Assembly (NCBI GenBank): GCA_023920165.1
Contig: CP089275.1
Location: forward strand, 2,232,001 to 2,296,000
DNA length: 64,000 bases
From: Curvularia clavata
Taxonomy: Eukaryota
Direction of reading: 5' to 3'
The first letter of the stretch is position 1, and every line of letters starts with the position of its first letter. This document shows positions 49,113 to 61,178 of the stretch, piece after piece. Position numbers and translations under genes: made by a program. The notes beneath the pieces were generated by a model. It was given only the letters and a program-made list of their open reading frames with translations. It did not search any database and was not told the origin of the DNA.

Positions 49113-50858
49113 ATGCCCTTTTTCCAGAATCAGAATAATGTCGAGACGCGTCTGTGTACAGCAGTCAACGTCGCTATACAGGCAGGTGATGCCAACCAGC
49201 TGCAGTCCATTGTGCTCCTGGAGCCGCTTGAGGCAAACCGCTGGCCGCCAGATCACCAGGAACTCATAAACTCGTTAAAGCAAAACTATCCCGCGTCTAA
49301 TCCTGAGTCGGAAAAGCGTCTGGAGGATCTGGTCAGACGTGTAGTGACTGAGACTGCAGAGTCGGAAGATGAAGAGGGAAGACCTGTGCAATCATGGGGT
49401 TCTTTGGTCACTTTTCTAGTGGGATGGATGACCTTCCTCAGAGACGTTGACGCAAACAATCTCGTCATGGTGTTTGAAATGATGACGGACCTCCAGCCGT
49501 AAGCGAGACGCTGGTCATACATATTCGAGAAGATGTGTTAACAGTATCCTAGGCGCGCTAATAGTGCACTGCAACATCCTACCAAAGGCATCCTGATGCT
49601 TCCCACCATCATGTACTATGCCAAGGTTTTTGCACGTGTTGCTATTGGACTGGACAATAACCCCAGTTTGGCTCAGCAGCTCCTGGCTGATGTGGATGAG
49701 GATGGACAAAGAGAGTCTCTGCCAGAGAAGGCAGCTAACATCGTGCGACAGGCCTTTATTATATGCTTGAATGATCGCAACACCGTACCAGGAGGTATCA
49801 AGGATGGCAGACCTGATGGAAAGAAGGTTGGCATATACAAGATGGCCAACATATGTCTAAAGACCTTATTCCAAGCCGACAAGCTGGGCAGTTGCGAGAC
49901 CATCTTCAATAACATTTCGAATTCGTCACCACCGTTGCATTTCTATCCCGCAGCAGAGCGAATAACATACCTGTACTATCTTGGAAGATACCACTTCAGC
50001 AACACCAACTTCTACGCTGCCCAGCTCGTCTTGGAATTAGCTTACAGAGGCTGCCACAGGCAATGTCCAACGCAGCGCCGCTTGATTGCCGTCTGCCTAG
50101 TTGCTGCCAACATCATCCTCGGTCGCTTTCCGAACGAACACATTTACAACGACCCAGCCAATGCCGGGTTCCGCGAGGTCTTCGTTCCTATCACCCAGGC
50201 GATTCGAAAAGGCGACCTGGAGGCCTTCCGCCGCATCACCAATCTCGACCTTTCGCACCCAAGCGCCCCATTCATGATCAAATACCGCATTTTCTATCCC
50301 ATCGGCAACTACTGCGAAGTGCTCGTCTGGCGGTCCCTCCTCCGCAAAGTCTTCGTCCTCACCGGCAGTATGGGCGAAACCTCCAAAGCCGCCGCCCTCC
50401 TCGATCTGCGCGCCGCCGTCCAAATCTTCCGCTTCCTAGAAGCCCGCTCACGCATCAAAAACGCCGCAATGGCTGCCCAGGACCGTGGTCCTGGCCGCCG
50501 CAATTTTGGCCATATATTCCAGGACCACGCCTCAACCACTAAGTCTACGTATATTGACCCGGACTTTGCCGGCGTCGACACCGTTCAGCCGTACGACCAT
50601 GAATACGACATCCTCGAGCTGGAGTGTATTTGTGGAAGTTTGATTACCCAGGGGTTTTTAAATGGGTACATTGCGCAGGCAAAACAAAAGGTCGCAATTC
50701 AAGGGGTTAAGCATGGGAATTTGAATGCGGGATTTCTGGTGCCGTGGGAGGTGAATAAAGAGAAGAACAAGGATGAGGTGTTGGGATGGAAGAAGGAAGC
50801 GGGAGGCGATGGCGGGAAGGTGGTTAGGCTTGCGTTTGCAGCTCCGGCGGGTTTGTGA
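49113..50858 (+). CDS. PCI-domain protein (Csn12/Thp1/PCID2-like)
   Basis: KKVGIYKMANICLKTLF, ERITYLYYLGRYHF, ILGRFP, AIRKGDL and ECICGSLITQGFLNGYI. Intron 49499-49552. Confidence 0.85.
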
Positions 50859-51051
50859 GGGAAATGGTGCTGGATGATGATACCCTTTGTTGTATTCAGT
50901 TTGCGTGGAAAAATGGACAATAGTGAATGGCCATGCACGGGGGAGTTGGCAAAAAGCTCCTTGTAGCAAGATCATCACTCACTTGCAAAGCAAATCTGGT
51001 AAATCTTAATTACCAAGACATCTACTCACTTTCCGTCCCATCCCCTTGTCT

Positions 51052-51988
51052 TTACTCTCCAACATTCGTAAACCTCAAATACTTCTTCACTTCCCTCACG
51101 TCCCCAAACTTCTTCCTCGCCTCCTCGGTACTCACACTCGGCGGCACAATAACATCCTGCCCTTTCTGCCAGTCAATCGGCGTAACAACACCCTTCTTAT
51201 CTCCCAGCTGCAAACTATCAATCACTCTAAGCACCTCGGCTGTATTCCTGCCTGTGCTAGCCGGGTACGACATGCTGAGCCTGATTTTCTTGGCTGGATC
51301 GATGATGAAGACGGAACGGATGGTGAAGGCGATTCCACCAGTCTTCTGGAGAGCTTCGAGATCGTCTTGTGAGATCATGTCGTACAGGTAGGCGACGTGG
51401 CGGTCGGCGTCGGCGATGATGGGGAATTGAACTGTGGTCTGAGAGGTTTCGTTTATGTCGGCGATCCAGTCAGCATGGGAGCTGAGGTCATTGGCGCTCT
51501 AGAGATCGGAGTTAATAGAGGTGTGGTTGAGGCTGGAGGGTGGGGGATGTACTAGGCCGATCATTTGCACGCCTCGCGCATCGAATTCATCCTTGAGTTT
51601 GGCAAAAGCGCCGAGTTCCGTGGTGCAGACGGGTGTGAAGTCCGCGGGGTGGCTGAATAGAATGGTCCATTTGCCGTCTAGGAATTTGTGGAAGTCCTGG
51701 AAGGGATGTCAATCCCTGCTTCATCGTTTGGTGGGAAAATGCTTACGATGTCGCCGTGGGTAGTCTTTGCTTGGAAGTTGGGGGCTGAGAAACCAAGTTA
51801 GTAAATACTTCCTACAAAGATATTGTGGAAATCTGAATACCAATGGATCCCAGCCTCAGCCGTGGCTGCTCTGCTGGAAGCGCATACCCGCGACGGACAA
51901 GTGGTGTCACTGGGCGCTGTACACGGAATACGGGGCGTGCAGAGGAGCGGAGAGCGCGGGAAGCTGCGCGGGGAAAAAAGGAAGCCAT
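51052..51988 (-). CDS. PRX1: Mitochondrial 1-Cys peroxiredoxin (Prx6 family)
   Basis: Arg-rich presequence, then [25 protein letters not shown] and [20 protein letters not shown]. Three introns. Confidence 0.95.
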
Positions 51989-52325
51989 TGCGATAGTTTG
52001 AGGTATGATGAACCGCAGAGTGTGAGTTCTGTAGCTATTGTGTGCTACTACTTGCATCAATGAGGCGACGGAGATTAACCAATTCGGGGTCTTTTTGCTA
52101 TGGCGTCATATTGAATCAGAGCGGTTCTGTCGGCCCGAAGTCGGCTGCCTTCTCTTTCATCGCAACTTCATTCTGAATGTGTTTTCATGAGAGTGTTCGA
52201 GAGATGCAAGTGAACTCCTATGTGACTGATTGCGGTACACATGTCTGTTACACGAGAGCTGTGATGCATTGTCGAGAATGACGTCGATGCACCTGTACTA
52301 ATTCAGCCCTCCCACCAGCGGCATC

Positions 52326-53471
52326 TCATAAAGTGCCATTTATTTTTCCGTTTTGAATATTCACCTCCAATTCATCTTGAGACTCAAGCATGAAAGGAAC
52401 AGTATCAGATTTCCATAATCGTGCTGGAACTCGTCCGTCTTCGCCCTCTTTATTTACGAGCTTTCCAAACCACCAGCGACAACCCTTTGGGTGCATGCGG
52501 ATCTTGTACACACCATCCGGTAGCCCCCTGATCTTCCAGTCCATTTGGTGTACGATGGTGATTGGCGTGTGAGGCTCTAGTACTATCAACTCATCTACTT
52601 TAGGCCGTAAGTCAGCCTTGGAATCCCTCAAGTGACACTTGCTAGGATCTTCATGTCCTCGGACCACTTTTCTCGTCGCAGCATCAAGAACCACGAGGCT
52701 GGATATCGGAGCCTGATTCTGTAGCAAGGAATCAATAATCCTTGGGCGATCATCGAGCATGTCGGGTTCTGGCTCCATAGGCCCCCATGGGGTGAGAAAA
52801 CCCTGGTGTCCTCGGGGCTGCACAGTGATAGTTTCCTCGCCGGTGTTTTCAACAGTGACTTCTAATGAAGTACCTTGAACTAGGCGGAGTTTTGTGTCCG
52901 CTCTTGGTGGGAATGATAGGCTTTCTAGGACTTTGAATGTTGCGTGGCCATGGGAGTAGCTGTTAACTGGCTTCGCTGCCTCACCGCGGTCGGCTGTAAA
53001 TTGCTCTCTGTCGCCGTACGCCCACTTTTTGACGCATAGATCTTTACTCGCGAGTCTAATCCTGTATCTCTTCCCTGCTTTCAAGACTGACGCCAACATG
53101 CCTTTGAGATCAATGTATCCCAGATAAACTGTCAGATCGCCCTTCCAATTCCTTGTGCGGCCAACGGGAGAAGGAACGGAAATGCAGTTTGAAATGCTCT
53201 TTTCGACCTCTCCCATTCTACTCAAATCTATCTCAGTCCATTTCGTTGCATCCTCAAGACGCTCCTCATACAAGGTGAGCAAGCCATGTGCTAAAGCATA
53301 TGGTACATCGAATACTGATCCAGCAGTCTCGATGAGTATTGGACGAGGATCTGTGTCGGATTTGGCAAGGCGACAGAGGCCAAACACAACACTGAATGGT
53401 AGCCTTCCCGATGCATCAAGGACATTATAGCGGCTGTGCAGTTGTACATGAAGGTAAAACTTGCTCGCCAT
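52326..53471 (-). CDS. Hypothetical protein (about 381 aa), intronless
   Basis: Long ORF with globular-type composition (LPFSVVFGLCR, YRIRLASKDL, YKIRMHPKGCRWW). No family recognised. Confidence 0.75.
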   Translation of the reverse strand: MASKFYLHVQLHSRYNVLDASGRLPFSVVFGLCRLAKSDTDPRPILIETAGSVFDVPYALAHGLLTLYEERLEDATKWTEIDLSRMGEVEKSISNCISVPSPVGRTRNWKGDLTVYLGYIDLKGMLASVLKAGKRYRIRLASKDLCVKKWAYGDREQFTADRGEAAKPVNSYSHGHATFKVLESLSFPPRADTKLRLVQGTSLEVTVENTGEETITVQPRGHQGFLTPWGPMEPEPDMLDDRPRIIDSLLQNQAPISSLVVLDAATRKVVRGHEDPSKCHLRDSKADLRPKVDELIVLEPHTPITIVHQMDWKIRGLPDGVYKIRMHPKGCRWWFGKLVNKEGEDGRVPARLWKSDTVPFMLESQDELEVNIQNGKINGTL

Positions 53472-53590
53472 AGTATGGGTATGCAACGGATATGAAGACT
53501 AGAAATAGCTAAATGAAGAGAAATAGGTGCATGAAGCAAGTCAGCTCTACACTTGGGGAGTATTACCAATTACAAGGAAAACATAGGTTG

Positions 53591-53638
53591 TGACGTCAGG
53601 CAAGCGCGTACAAGAGGCTGTGACTCAGGGTATGAGTC
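53591..53638. promoter_or_regulatory. bZIP site cluster: TGACGTCA, TGACTCA, TGAGTC
   Basis: At 53591-53598, 53621-53627 and 53633-53638, which is 120-170 bp upstream of the ATG at 53471. Confidence 0.45.
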
Positions 53639-54820
53639 TTGATCTCGGTCAGTCACTCGAATAGGCCTAAACATAAGCCATCCAGGACTGAGTGTAGTGT
53701 CGTTCGATATCATTGAATCTTATAGCCAGAAAGCAGTCGACACGGCATAGCCCGGATTCGGTGCTCATTGATGCGAAATGTCATGTCAGTGGTGTGAAGG
53801 GTGTTGAATCACGCCACCTCCAGGAACTTGGCTCCAATAGCGTCCAGAAATCCCCGTAAGCTCGCTAGCCATAGAGCGCGTGTAGCGCAAGAAAGATTCA
53901 AACCCTGCCTCTGTTTCTTCACGCTTAACGAGTCCATGTTCCTAACGAGCCCAACCAGGCCGATATTTATGTGTGGATGGCCTTGGATAGTCGCATTTGC
54001 ATATTAGATGTTCCTCGTGGACGAATAGCAGGACTTCTCCACTGAGGGTAAATCCAGTATTGTCGACTTGTTGCCTACATGTAATGATTGTGCATAGATC
54101 CCCCAGAGTACTAAGAATAATTATTGTAAATGCGGAACAACAAGACAGTGTATTACAAGGAAAACAAATCGGACTGCTTCTGCATCCATTCATCTTCATA
54201 CTGTCTTCTCCTACTGCTGCCTTTTCCTCTGTGTAGATACTAGATTGGGTGTTGACCTTTACCAGTCACGCAATCACAGCGTACGCCCTTTCCGCTAGCA
54301 TACTTGCACATCTTACCATAGGAACGCAATTTCACACTAGACCTATGCCGCTAGTCGCTAGCATATGTTGTCATTGGCTGATCTTCGCATAGTGCGCTGG
54401 TACTCCAACCCTCCCCACAAAATAATGTGAAGCAAATACTAGATCTTCGCTTATGTTGTTTGCAACAACATGCGTCAATGTTTGACCAAGCGTAAGCAAC
54501 TTGGAAAACATGTCATAAGTTCTGATGCGGATCACGCAAACCAGTCTGTTGGCGCAACCTTGACCATGACGTCATCGCGCACCAAGCATTGTGAGCTAAC
54601 TCATGTGATTTTCCTTGGTTGCGTGGCTGGGATATGATCAAGGTTGAAGAAAGTAGCCGGAATAGATTTAAGCGCCGTTGGGAATCTCTCGCGCGCTATT
54701 GACAGCGAGTCGCCATTATTACACTGAATAGTTGTATGGAGGTAACAGAGTACAGAACCTTGAGAAGCTACCTCGACGCGTTTCGCTAGCCCCCGTCATC
54801 ACCACCACATCTTCTCTACA

Positions 54821-55990
54821 ATGTCAATTACATCATTCGGCTCCGAGCCCGGAAGGGGCGGATTCCTAACGTTCAACTCGTCTCCTCCCCGGATCTACCT
54901 GACAAGCACTCTTCCTGCTCCGGAAAAGGCGCTTCTTGCCTGGCGCGAGGAAGGCTACGATGCGCAGTTTCTACCCTACGATCCCCACAGGCAGCCCCAA
55001 AAGGAATACGTCCAAGCTCTTCACAAGCTCTCGGAACTCTGCCAGCTCGGTGAACACTATGCGATAATCGCGTACGGCGAGGCTGCCAGCGTTGTGCTCA
55101 AGACAGCTCAGAAACCATTGGCAAAATGTTGTGCCATTGTCGCCTTCTATCCGACACAGCTACCTAGTCCAAAGACCATGTATCCACGGTCGCATCAACT
55201 GCAGATTCACGTTGCGAGCTTGAGTCAAGCTAGCGCGAGACCGGAAATGTGCGAATGGAAGCTTTATCGCTATGAAAAGTGTGCTACAGGATTCCTGGAT
55301 CCGTCTTCCCCAGCCTACTCGGAAGTAGAAGCCGACCTAGCATGGACTAGGGCACTGGCGAGCATTCGCAAGGGTTTCGGAAAGAACGTGGATCTCGAAC
55401 CCATTGCGAATGCTCACTGGAACGCGCGATTTGAAGACGATGATCCGGATCGTGCGGCCCTGGCTGTGGCGCAGAACATGACGCAGGATAGCCCGCATGT
55501 TACCATTCTACCAACCATGGAAGGCGGCGTGGGAAGAAAGAGATTGGCAGAGTTTTACGGGGAGTTCTTCGTGCCAAGTTTGGTCCCAGACTTTGAAATA
55601 CGGCTAATTTCTCGGACTATGGGCGTTAATCGCATCGTGGACGAGATGATTGTATCTTTTACACATTCAGATGAGGTCGATTGGATCCTGCCTGGCGTGC
55701 CACCAACAAACAAACACGTAGGGGTTGCCATGGTCAGCATAGTGGCTGTAAGAGGAGACAAGCTCGTTTCAGAGCATATGTATTGGGACCAAGCGTCGGT
55801 CCTCGCGCAGATTGGACTACTCGATCCTAAAGCAGTTCCCAAGAAACCGAAGAATGACGGGCTGAAGACGCTGCCAGTCATTGGTGCAGAGGCGGCAAAA
55901 CAATTAGCGGAGCCACAGCAAAGCCGATACAACAAGTTGTTACAAATGCACGGCTTGATGAATGGAATGAATGGGATGAATGGTGACTAG
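54821..55990 (+). CDS. Dienelactone-hydrolase-like N-domain plus SnoaL/NTF2-like C-domain protein
   Basis: AWTRAL, PHVTILPTMEGGVG, LISRTMGVNRIVDEM, FTHSDEVDWILPGVPPT and EHMYWDQASVLAQIGLLDP. Confidence 0.8.
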   Translation: MSITSFGSEPGRGGFLTFNSSPPRIYLTSTLPAPEKALLAWREEGYDAQFLPYDPHRQPQKEYVQALHKLSELCQLGEHYAIIAYGEAASVVLKTAQKPLAKCCAIVAFYPTQLPSPKTMYPRSHQLQIHVASLSQASARPEMCEWKLYRYEKCATGFLDPSSPAYSEVEADLAWTRALASIRKGFGKNVDLEPIANAHWNARFEDDDPDRAALAVAQNMTQDSPHVTILPTMEGGVGRKRLAEFYGEFFVPSLVPDFEIRLISRTMGVNRIVDEMIVSFTHSDEVDWILPGVPPTNKHVGVAMVSIVAVRGDKLVSEHMYWDQASVLAQIGLLDPKAVPKKPKNDGLKTLPVIGAEAAKQLAEPQQSRYNKLLQMHGLMNGMNGMNGD

Positions 55991-56144
55991 CACTTCTTTT
56001 TGTTTGCGGTACGGCGTTTTGGAGTACAACGTGACGAAGCCTCTCCATCAGATGTAGGAAAACCCATAAGGTTTTATTTGCCAACAGAAACAAATCTAAA
56101 TGCTTCAACGTCCTACATGTCTTGGATTTGTTTTCCTCGTTCAA

Positions 56145-57422
56145 TCAGCCAATAAAGCTGCAAGTTGGAAGCTTATAGTCTTTCAATACCCAATATTTCC
56201 TCCTCACGCCCTCCCATTCACCCTTTTCATCCAGGTCTGGTACAGGGACCGTCTCCCACTCGGTATCGAAACCAGCCTCGAAGAGGTCAAACTCGACAAT
56301 CTTGGTGTATACATCGTACACAATCTGCCGATCCGCACCCATACCGTTGAAGAAACCGAACTTGCCGCCCTCACCATCTGGGCCTCCAGCGGGATCAAGC
56401 AGGCCAATAACGTATTCAGTGAAAAATTCACGGAGGGCGCTGTACTCTTCGGCGAATGTGTCAAAGTAGATGGCGTCAAACATTTCGCCTTCTCCCACAA
56501 GACAAGGGACGATGTCTTGCCATCGACCCTCGTGAATCACGACTCCTGGCTTCTCATGCCAGCCCTGCTCTTTCATACGTTTGACCACGTCTGGGTGTGC
56601 CTCGATGATGTGATGCGCCGTTGGCTTCGTCTCCTGGAAGATGCCGTCGATTATGCCGAGACCATGGCCAACATTGAGTACGCGTAGACCTTCTTTAGGC
56701 GCTAGGCGTTCGGCAGACTTGCGCATCAAGGTAGTCTCCCAATCCATCATAACGCCGTTCCCGGACTCATCTAGTAGTCGGTCGCGATTGAATGTGAGTT
56801 TTGAAGCAAGATAGTTTGGATTCTCAGTGGACTCGTCACCTTGGATATCTTCTTGGGTTGTCTCTAATATTTCAACTCCCTCTTCCATCTCTTTTATTGG
56901 GGATTCTTCCTTTTCTTGGTCCTTTGCCTCTTCATGTTTATCCTCATCCTCGTCCTCGTCCTCTGAATCATCGTCTCCAAGAGGCTGGTATTGCTCCAAA
57001 CGATTCAGCAGCATTTCTGCACGGACACCAGCATCTACACATAGTTCGTATAGCACCTTCAGGCCTAGTCTATGCGCTATGCATCCTGGTGTTTCGCCGT
57101 TTGAATCCAGATCATTCCATATCGCACCGTTCTCGAAAAGAAATTTGATGGTTTTCACGGCCTTGTCCATTTCCTCGGACTCGCCAGGCACCTTCCCCGC
57201 GTCTCCGTTCGACTCGCCATTGGTTTGCTTTGTATCATTCTCGTCGGGTTCGCAAGCGGCGATTGCGGCGTGCAGGGGAGTGAAGCCCGTCTCGGAATCT
57301 TGAACGTTCGCAGAAGAATTTCGTAGGAGATTGCGAAGGGAGGCGATGTCGTGGTTTGCGGCAGCAAGTAATATGCTTTGGGTTTGGAGATCGGTCTCAG
57401 TATTGAATGCTGGGTCATCCAT
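56145..57422 (-). CDS. RMT2: Protein-arginine N5-methyltransferase Rmt2
   Basis: Ankyrin-like GFTPLHAAI, GAIWNDLD, VMMDWE, VLNVGHGLGIID, IIEAHPDV, FDAIYFDTFAE and FFNGMGADR. Confidence 0.95.
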   Translation of the reverse strand: MDDPAFNTETDLQTQSILLAAANHDIASLRNLLRNSSANVQDSETGFTPLHAAIAACEPDENDTKQTNGESNGDAGKVPGESEEMDKAVKTIKFLFENGAIWNDLDSNGETPGCIAHRLGLKVLYELCVDAGVRAEMLLNRLEQYQPLGDDDSEDEDEDEDKHEEAKDQEKEESPIKEMEEGVEILETTQEDIQGDESTENPNYLASKLTFNRDRLLDESGNGVMMDWETTLMRKSAERLAPKEGLRVLNVGHGLGIIDGIFQETKPTAHHIIEAHPDVVKRMKEQGWHEKPGVVIHEGRWQDIVPCLVGEGEMFDAIYFDTFAEEYSALREFFTEYVIGLLDPAGGPDGEGGKFGFFNGMGADRQIVYDVYTKIVEFDLFEAGFDTEWETVPVPDLDEKGEWEGVRRKYWVLKDYKLPTCSFIG

Positions 57423-57939
57423 CTTGTGTGTCTTCGGTTTGTGAATGCCGATTCTGCAGAATACGCGGACGGGTCGCAAGTGGTGGGGTTAGGAATTTAT
57501 TGAGGCGCGAGTCATGCAGGATCCAAAATGAATTTTGATAGATATTAGCACAGCGCGTTAACTTTCTAGTAGAATGACTATTAACTATTTATTTCGATGG
57601 ATCAAAAATATTGATGATAAACATGCACAAAGTTATTTACTTAAATAGAGTGTAGTTATCTAGGTTCTAGTTTTTTTTTTAACTGATATACTTATTTTAT
57701 ACTAGAAAACTAGCGTTCTGATTGGGTGGCAAGCCATGTGGCTCAGCCAATTTTTTGGAAGCGAGCCACGCGCAATGGCCGAGCCCAACCATTGTCTTGC
57801 GACACAGTCAAACCTGGAAACATTTCCCTCACACACGACACTTTACCAGTAAATCTTCTGCATAGTCGCACAGAGGAATCATCCTCGACCCTCGTCACAC
57901 AACTCACCCACTTCGTGATCTTACACACCCATCACAGTC

Positions 57940-58968
57940 ATGGCGCCTGGAAAGTGGGGTACGTCATATTCACTGACTGCGCCTGAACTTCCGTGGGCAT
58001 TTTCGCAGCATCCGTCACTGACAACTTTCTAGACGATGAAGAAGAGAACTCGAACCCTCCTTCTCCTACTGTAGCACCCATCGCTCGCCGCGGCAAGTTT
58101 GAAGACGAAGAAGATGAAGATGTGCGTCAACTCGCCATGCCCCGCGCTCGCATAATTTCCAACCCCGCCACGTACAACTTGCGTATGCTAATCGTGTCAA
58201 ACAGGTGCTAGAATCATGGGACGCCGCAGAGGATTCCGAGGTCGAGCGCGAAAAGGCAAAGAAGGCTGCCGAAGCGAAGGCGAAGGCGGAGGCGGAGGCA
58301 AAGGCAAACCACAAGTCCAAGGCGCAACGAATCGAGGAGCACAGACAGGCAGCCCTGCGCAGGCGACAGATGGAAGACGAGGGCGAGAGCGAAGAGGAAG
58401 AGACGGAAGCTGAACGCCGTGCAAGACTACGTCAGCAGGAACTCGACGGCTCCCGTGCCCAAGCCGAGGAGCTCTTTGGTGATCTGACCGTCAGCAACAA
58501 GCGCAGCGGCAAGGCTGTCACCATTGCCGACGAGAATGACCCCAACAACACCATCAACCTCTCCTCCCTCTCCATCTTCAACCCAAACACCAAGGACCAG
58601 TTCACCAAGCTCCGCGAGACGCTCGTGCCGCTTATTGCTGCCAATTCCAAGAAAGGACAGTACACGCTCTTCCTGCAAGAGTTCACCAAGCAAATTGCCA
58701 AAGAGTTGCCAAGCGAGCAGATCAAGAAGATTGCGTCTGGTCTGACCACGCTGAGCAACGAGAAAATGAAGGAGGAGAAGGCTGCCGAGAAGGGCGGAAA
58801 GAAGACAAAGGCAGCGAAGACAAAGACTACCCTCAACGCAAGCCGCGATGTCGGTGTAAGAGCGGATACCCGGGCATACGACGATGACGACTTTGGCGAG
58901 TAAGTATTTTGTGGATTTGTCATTGTTCACATAAGGCTAACAGAATGTGCAGTGATGACTTTATGTAA
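57940..58968 (+). CDS. HCR1: Translation initiation factor eIF3 subunit j
   Basis: MAPGKW|DDEEE..., VLESWDAAEDSE, FNPNTKDQF, LSNEKMKEEK and a terminal micro-exon giving DDFM*. Three introns. Confidence 0.93.
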
Positions 58969-59585
58969 GGCACGATAACGTTTTTCTACCCGCACATCCT
59001 TCCATACATAGGCCTAGCCTCTCTTTGCATTTAGTATAGATGTTTTGCCACTCTATCAAACTCCCCTGGACCTCCCACATCACGTAGCGGTCTGCAAAAT
59101 TCGAGCGCTGCAACCCTTGATTTCTCAAGCATTTGCACTTGGCCTTTAGCTCTTTCCTTCCAACTTCTTTCTCACACAGCTAGTTTCACGGGTTCAATGT
59201 GACCCGGGTCACGTATATGTAGACATTTTTCTCTCTCTTGTGCTGTCGGTTCCCAAATGCATTGATTGTCATGACTGAGTTTTGTTGTTGTTGCCATCCA
59301 TCTGCAAGAGTGTTGAAACAGTATTGTCCTTGCAACGTTGCGCGTTGCTCTATGAAACGAAATGGGTAGATCTACGAACCTGCCCCTTTTGCTTGTGTTT
59401 TTTTTAAAGCAGATACCACAATTAACGTCATCTGCAAGAATACCCTTCGTCTAGTTCAGATACAGGCACGAGGACGAAAAAGGGCACATGCAATTTGTAC
59501 TTCTCATATGTTTTATGCTCTATGTGAATACCCTCATCTTGTTCTTTATTACTACGGAAGGGGAAAGGGAACCGAGTCAAAAGAT

Positions 59586-60863
59586 TCAATCTCCCGTTCT
59601 CGTGTTCTCAAGCTTGGTGACAATCAAGTCAGTGGCTCCGACCTCTGTCAACTGGTCCATAGCAATGGCAATATCTTTGCGCAGCACCATGGCCTGGACA
59701 GCAACCCAGCCTTCTTCCTCGAGTGCATTGACTGTCGGGGCTCGGCGGCCAGGTGTGATTTTGCGTGCGTCATCGAGTTTTGATCGAGGAACGTTGTATG
59801 TGCAGAGGACGTACTTTTGCGCAGCTAGAAAAGAGAGGTTAGATACTATTACCCAATTTTCCTACGTCCTTTCTTCTTGGAAAAACGTGAGGAGGTTGAC
59901 TTACTGATAACACCCTTTATCCTAGCCGTGATCAATTCAACTAGCTTGGGATCCGAGGGGTGCTTTGACTTGATGAGAATGGCGCTCGTGCTGACGACAG
60001 TAGATATCGCTTTCAGACCTGCAGCACGCATGGTCTCGCCCGATTCAACCAAGTCTACAATGCCATCTGCGACACCCAGTGCGCATGCTGCCTCGACACT
60101 GCCGCCAACGTACTTGATGACCGTCTTTAGCTTTGCGTCGCCGTTGGCCTCGCCATTGGTATTACCCGCTTGCTCCGCCTCCAACTTCCTAAAGTACTGC
60201 TCGGCGAGGTTGGTAAAGCTCGTGACGATGTTCTTTCCAATCAAGTCCTCCGGTTTGGTCAGATCGCCTTTGGCAGGGACCTGGACTTGAAGACTGCACT
60301 TTCCAAAACCCAAGTCCAAGACTTCTTCAACGCCAGTTGTGGCTGTGGGCGGCGTAACACATTCATGTTCGGCAACTTGGTCGCGGCCGGTTATACCCAA
60401 GTCTACACGGCCTTCACCGACAAAGGTAGGGATATCGGCGGCAGGAAGGAAGACTAGCGCAAGAGGGAGGTTCTTGACGAGTGCAATGTCAAGGCGCGAG
60501 TGGCGGTGGAATTGAATGTCTGAGCCGTGAAGGAGATCGAGACAGGCTTGGTGGAGGCGGCCCTCTACGACATGGTATCAGCATACGCGCAACTGACTGT
60601 GACGGCATGGTGTAACGACGTACTCTTGGGCACCGCAAAGAGAAGGCGGTCATTCAAGCTGTTTCCCAACAGGTCAGTCATAAAAGGAAGAGATCGACTA
60701 CCCTGTCGCGGTCTCTGCGCGACGCCCTCGAATGTTCCGCTGACGCCATTTGACAAGCCCATGATTGCAACAAGCTAACCAAGTGTATAAGACAGCAGCA
60801 GGGGAGTGGGTAGAAAAAAACAAAAGACAAGATGGGATAGACATACGAGTTAACGAGATCCAT
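59586..60863 (-). CDS. HIS1: ATP phosphoribosyltransferase
   Basis: MDLVNS|LNDRLLFAVPK|KGRL, FLPAADIPTFVGEGRVDLGITG, GGSVEAACALGVADGIVDLVESGETMRAAGL and ITPGRRAPTV. Three introns. Confidence 0.96.
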
Positions 60864-61171
60864 CTTTTACTCTTGCGCAAGCACGCAATATACCAGCAGG
60901 GGTTCGTCGTAGGCCAGGTATACAAAACCCACACTCTGCAATGCTAGACTCGAGTGTCAGAAAAAAATGGGGTGCAGGGTGGCTTCTGCGAGTCGACAGG
61001 GCTAAAACGCACAGGATCCCACGTCCAAAGCAAGATCCAATTGGTGAAGGGCCTAACGTGAACACGTACTTGCGTTGTTTTACGGTTTCCTTTGCGGGGG
61101 TTTCTTGGGTTGGAGATGTGCAATCCAGGCACGCGTTGTGGCTTTCGTGTGAAGCTAGGCAAATTGCGAAG

Positions 61172-61178
61172 TGACTCA
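61172..61178. promoter_or_regulatory. Gcn4/CpcA (cross-pathway control) site TGACTCA upstream of HIS1
   Basis: Exact TGACTCA about 310 bp upstream of the HIS1 ATG. Confidence 0.55.

Noticed and set aside
51798..51804. Yap1-like TTAGTAA in PRX1
   Set aside because: It is the intron branch point (TACTAAC on the minus strand).
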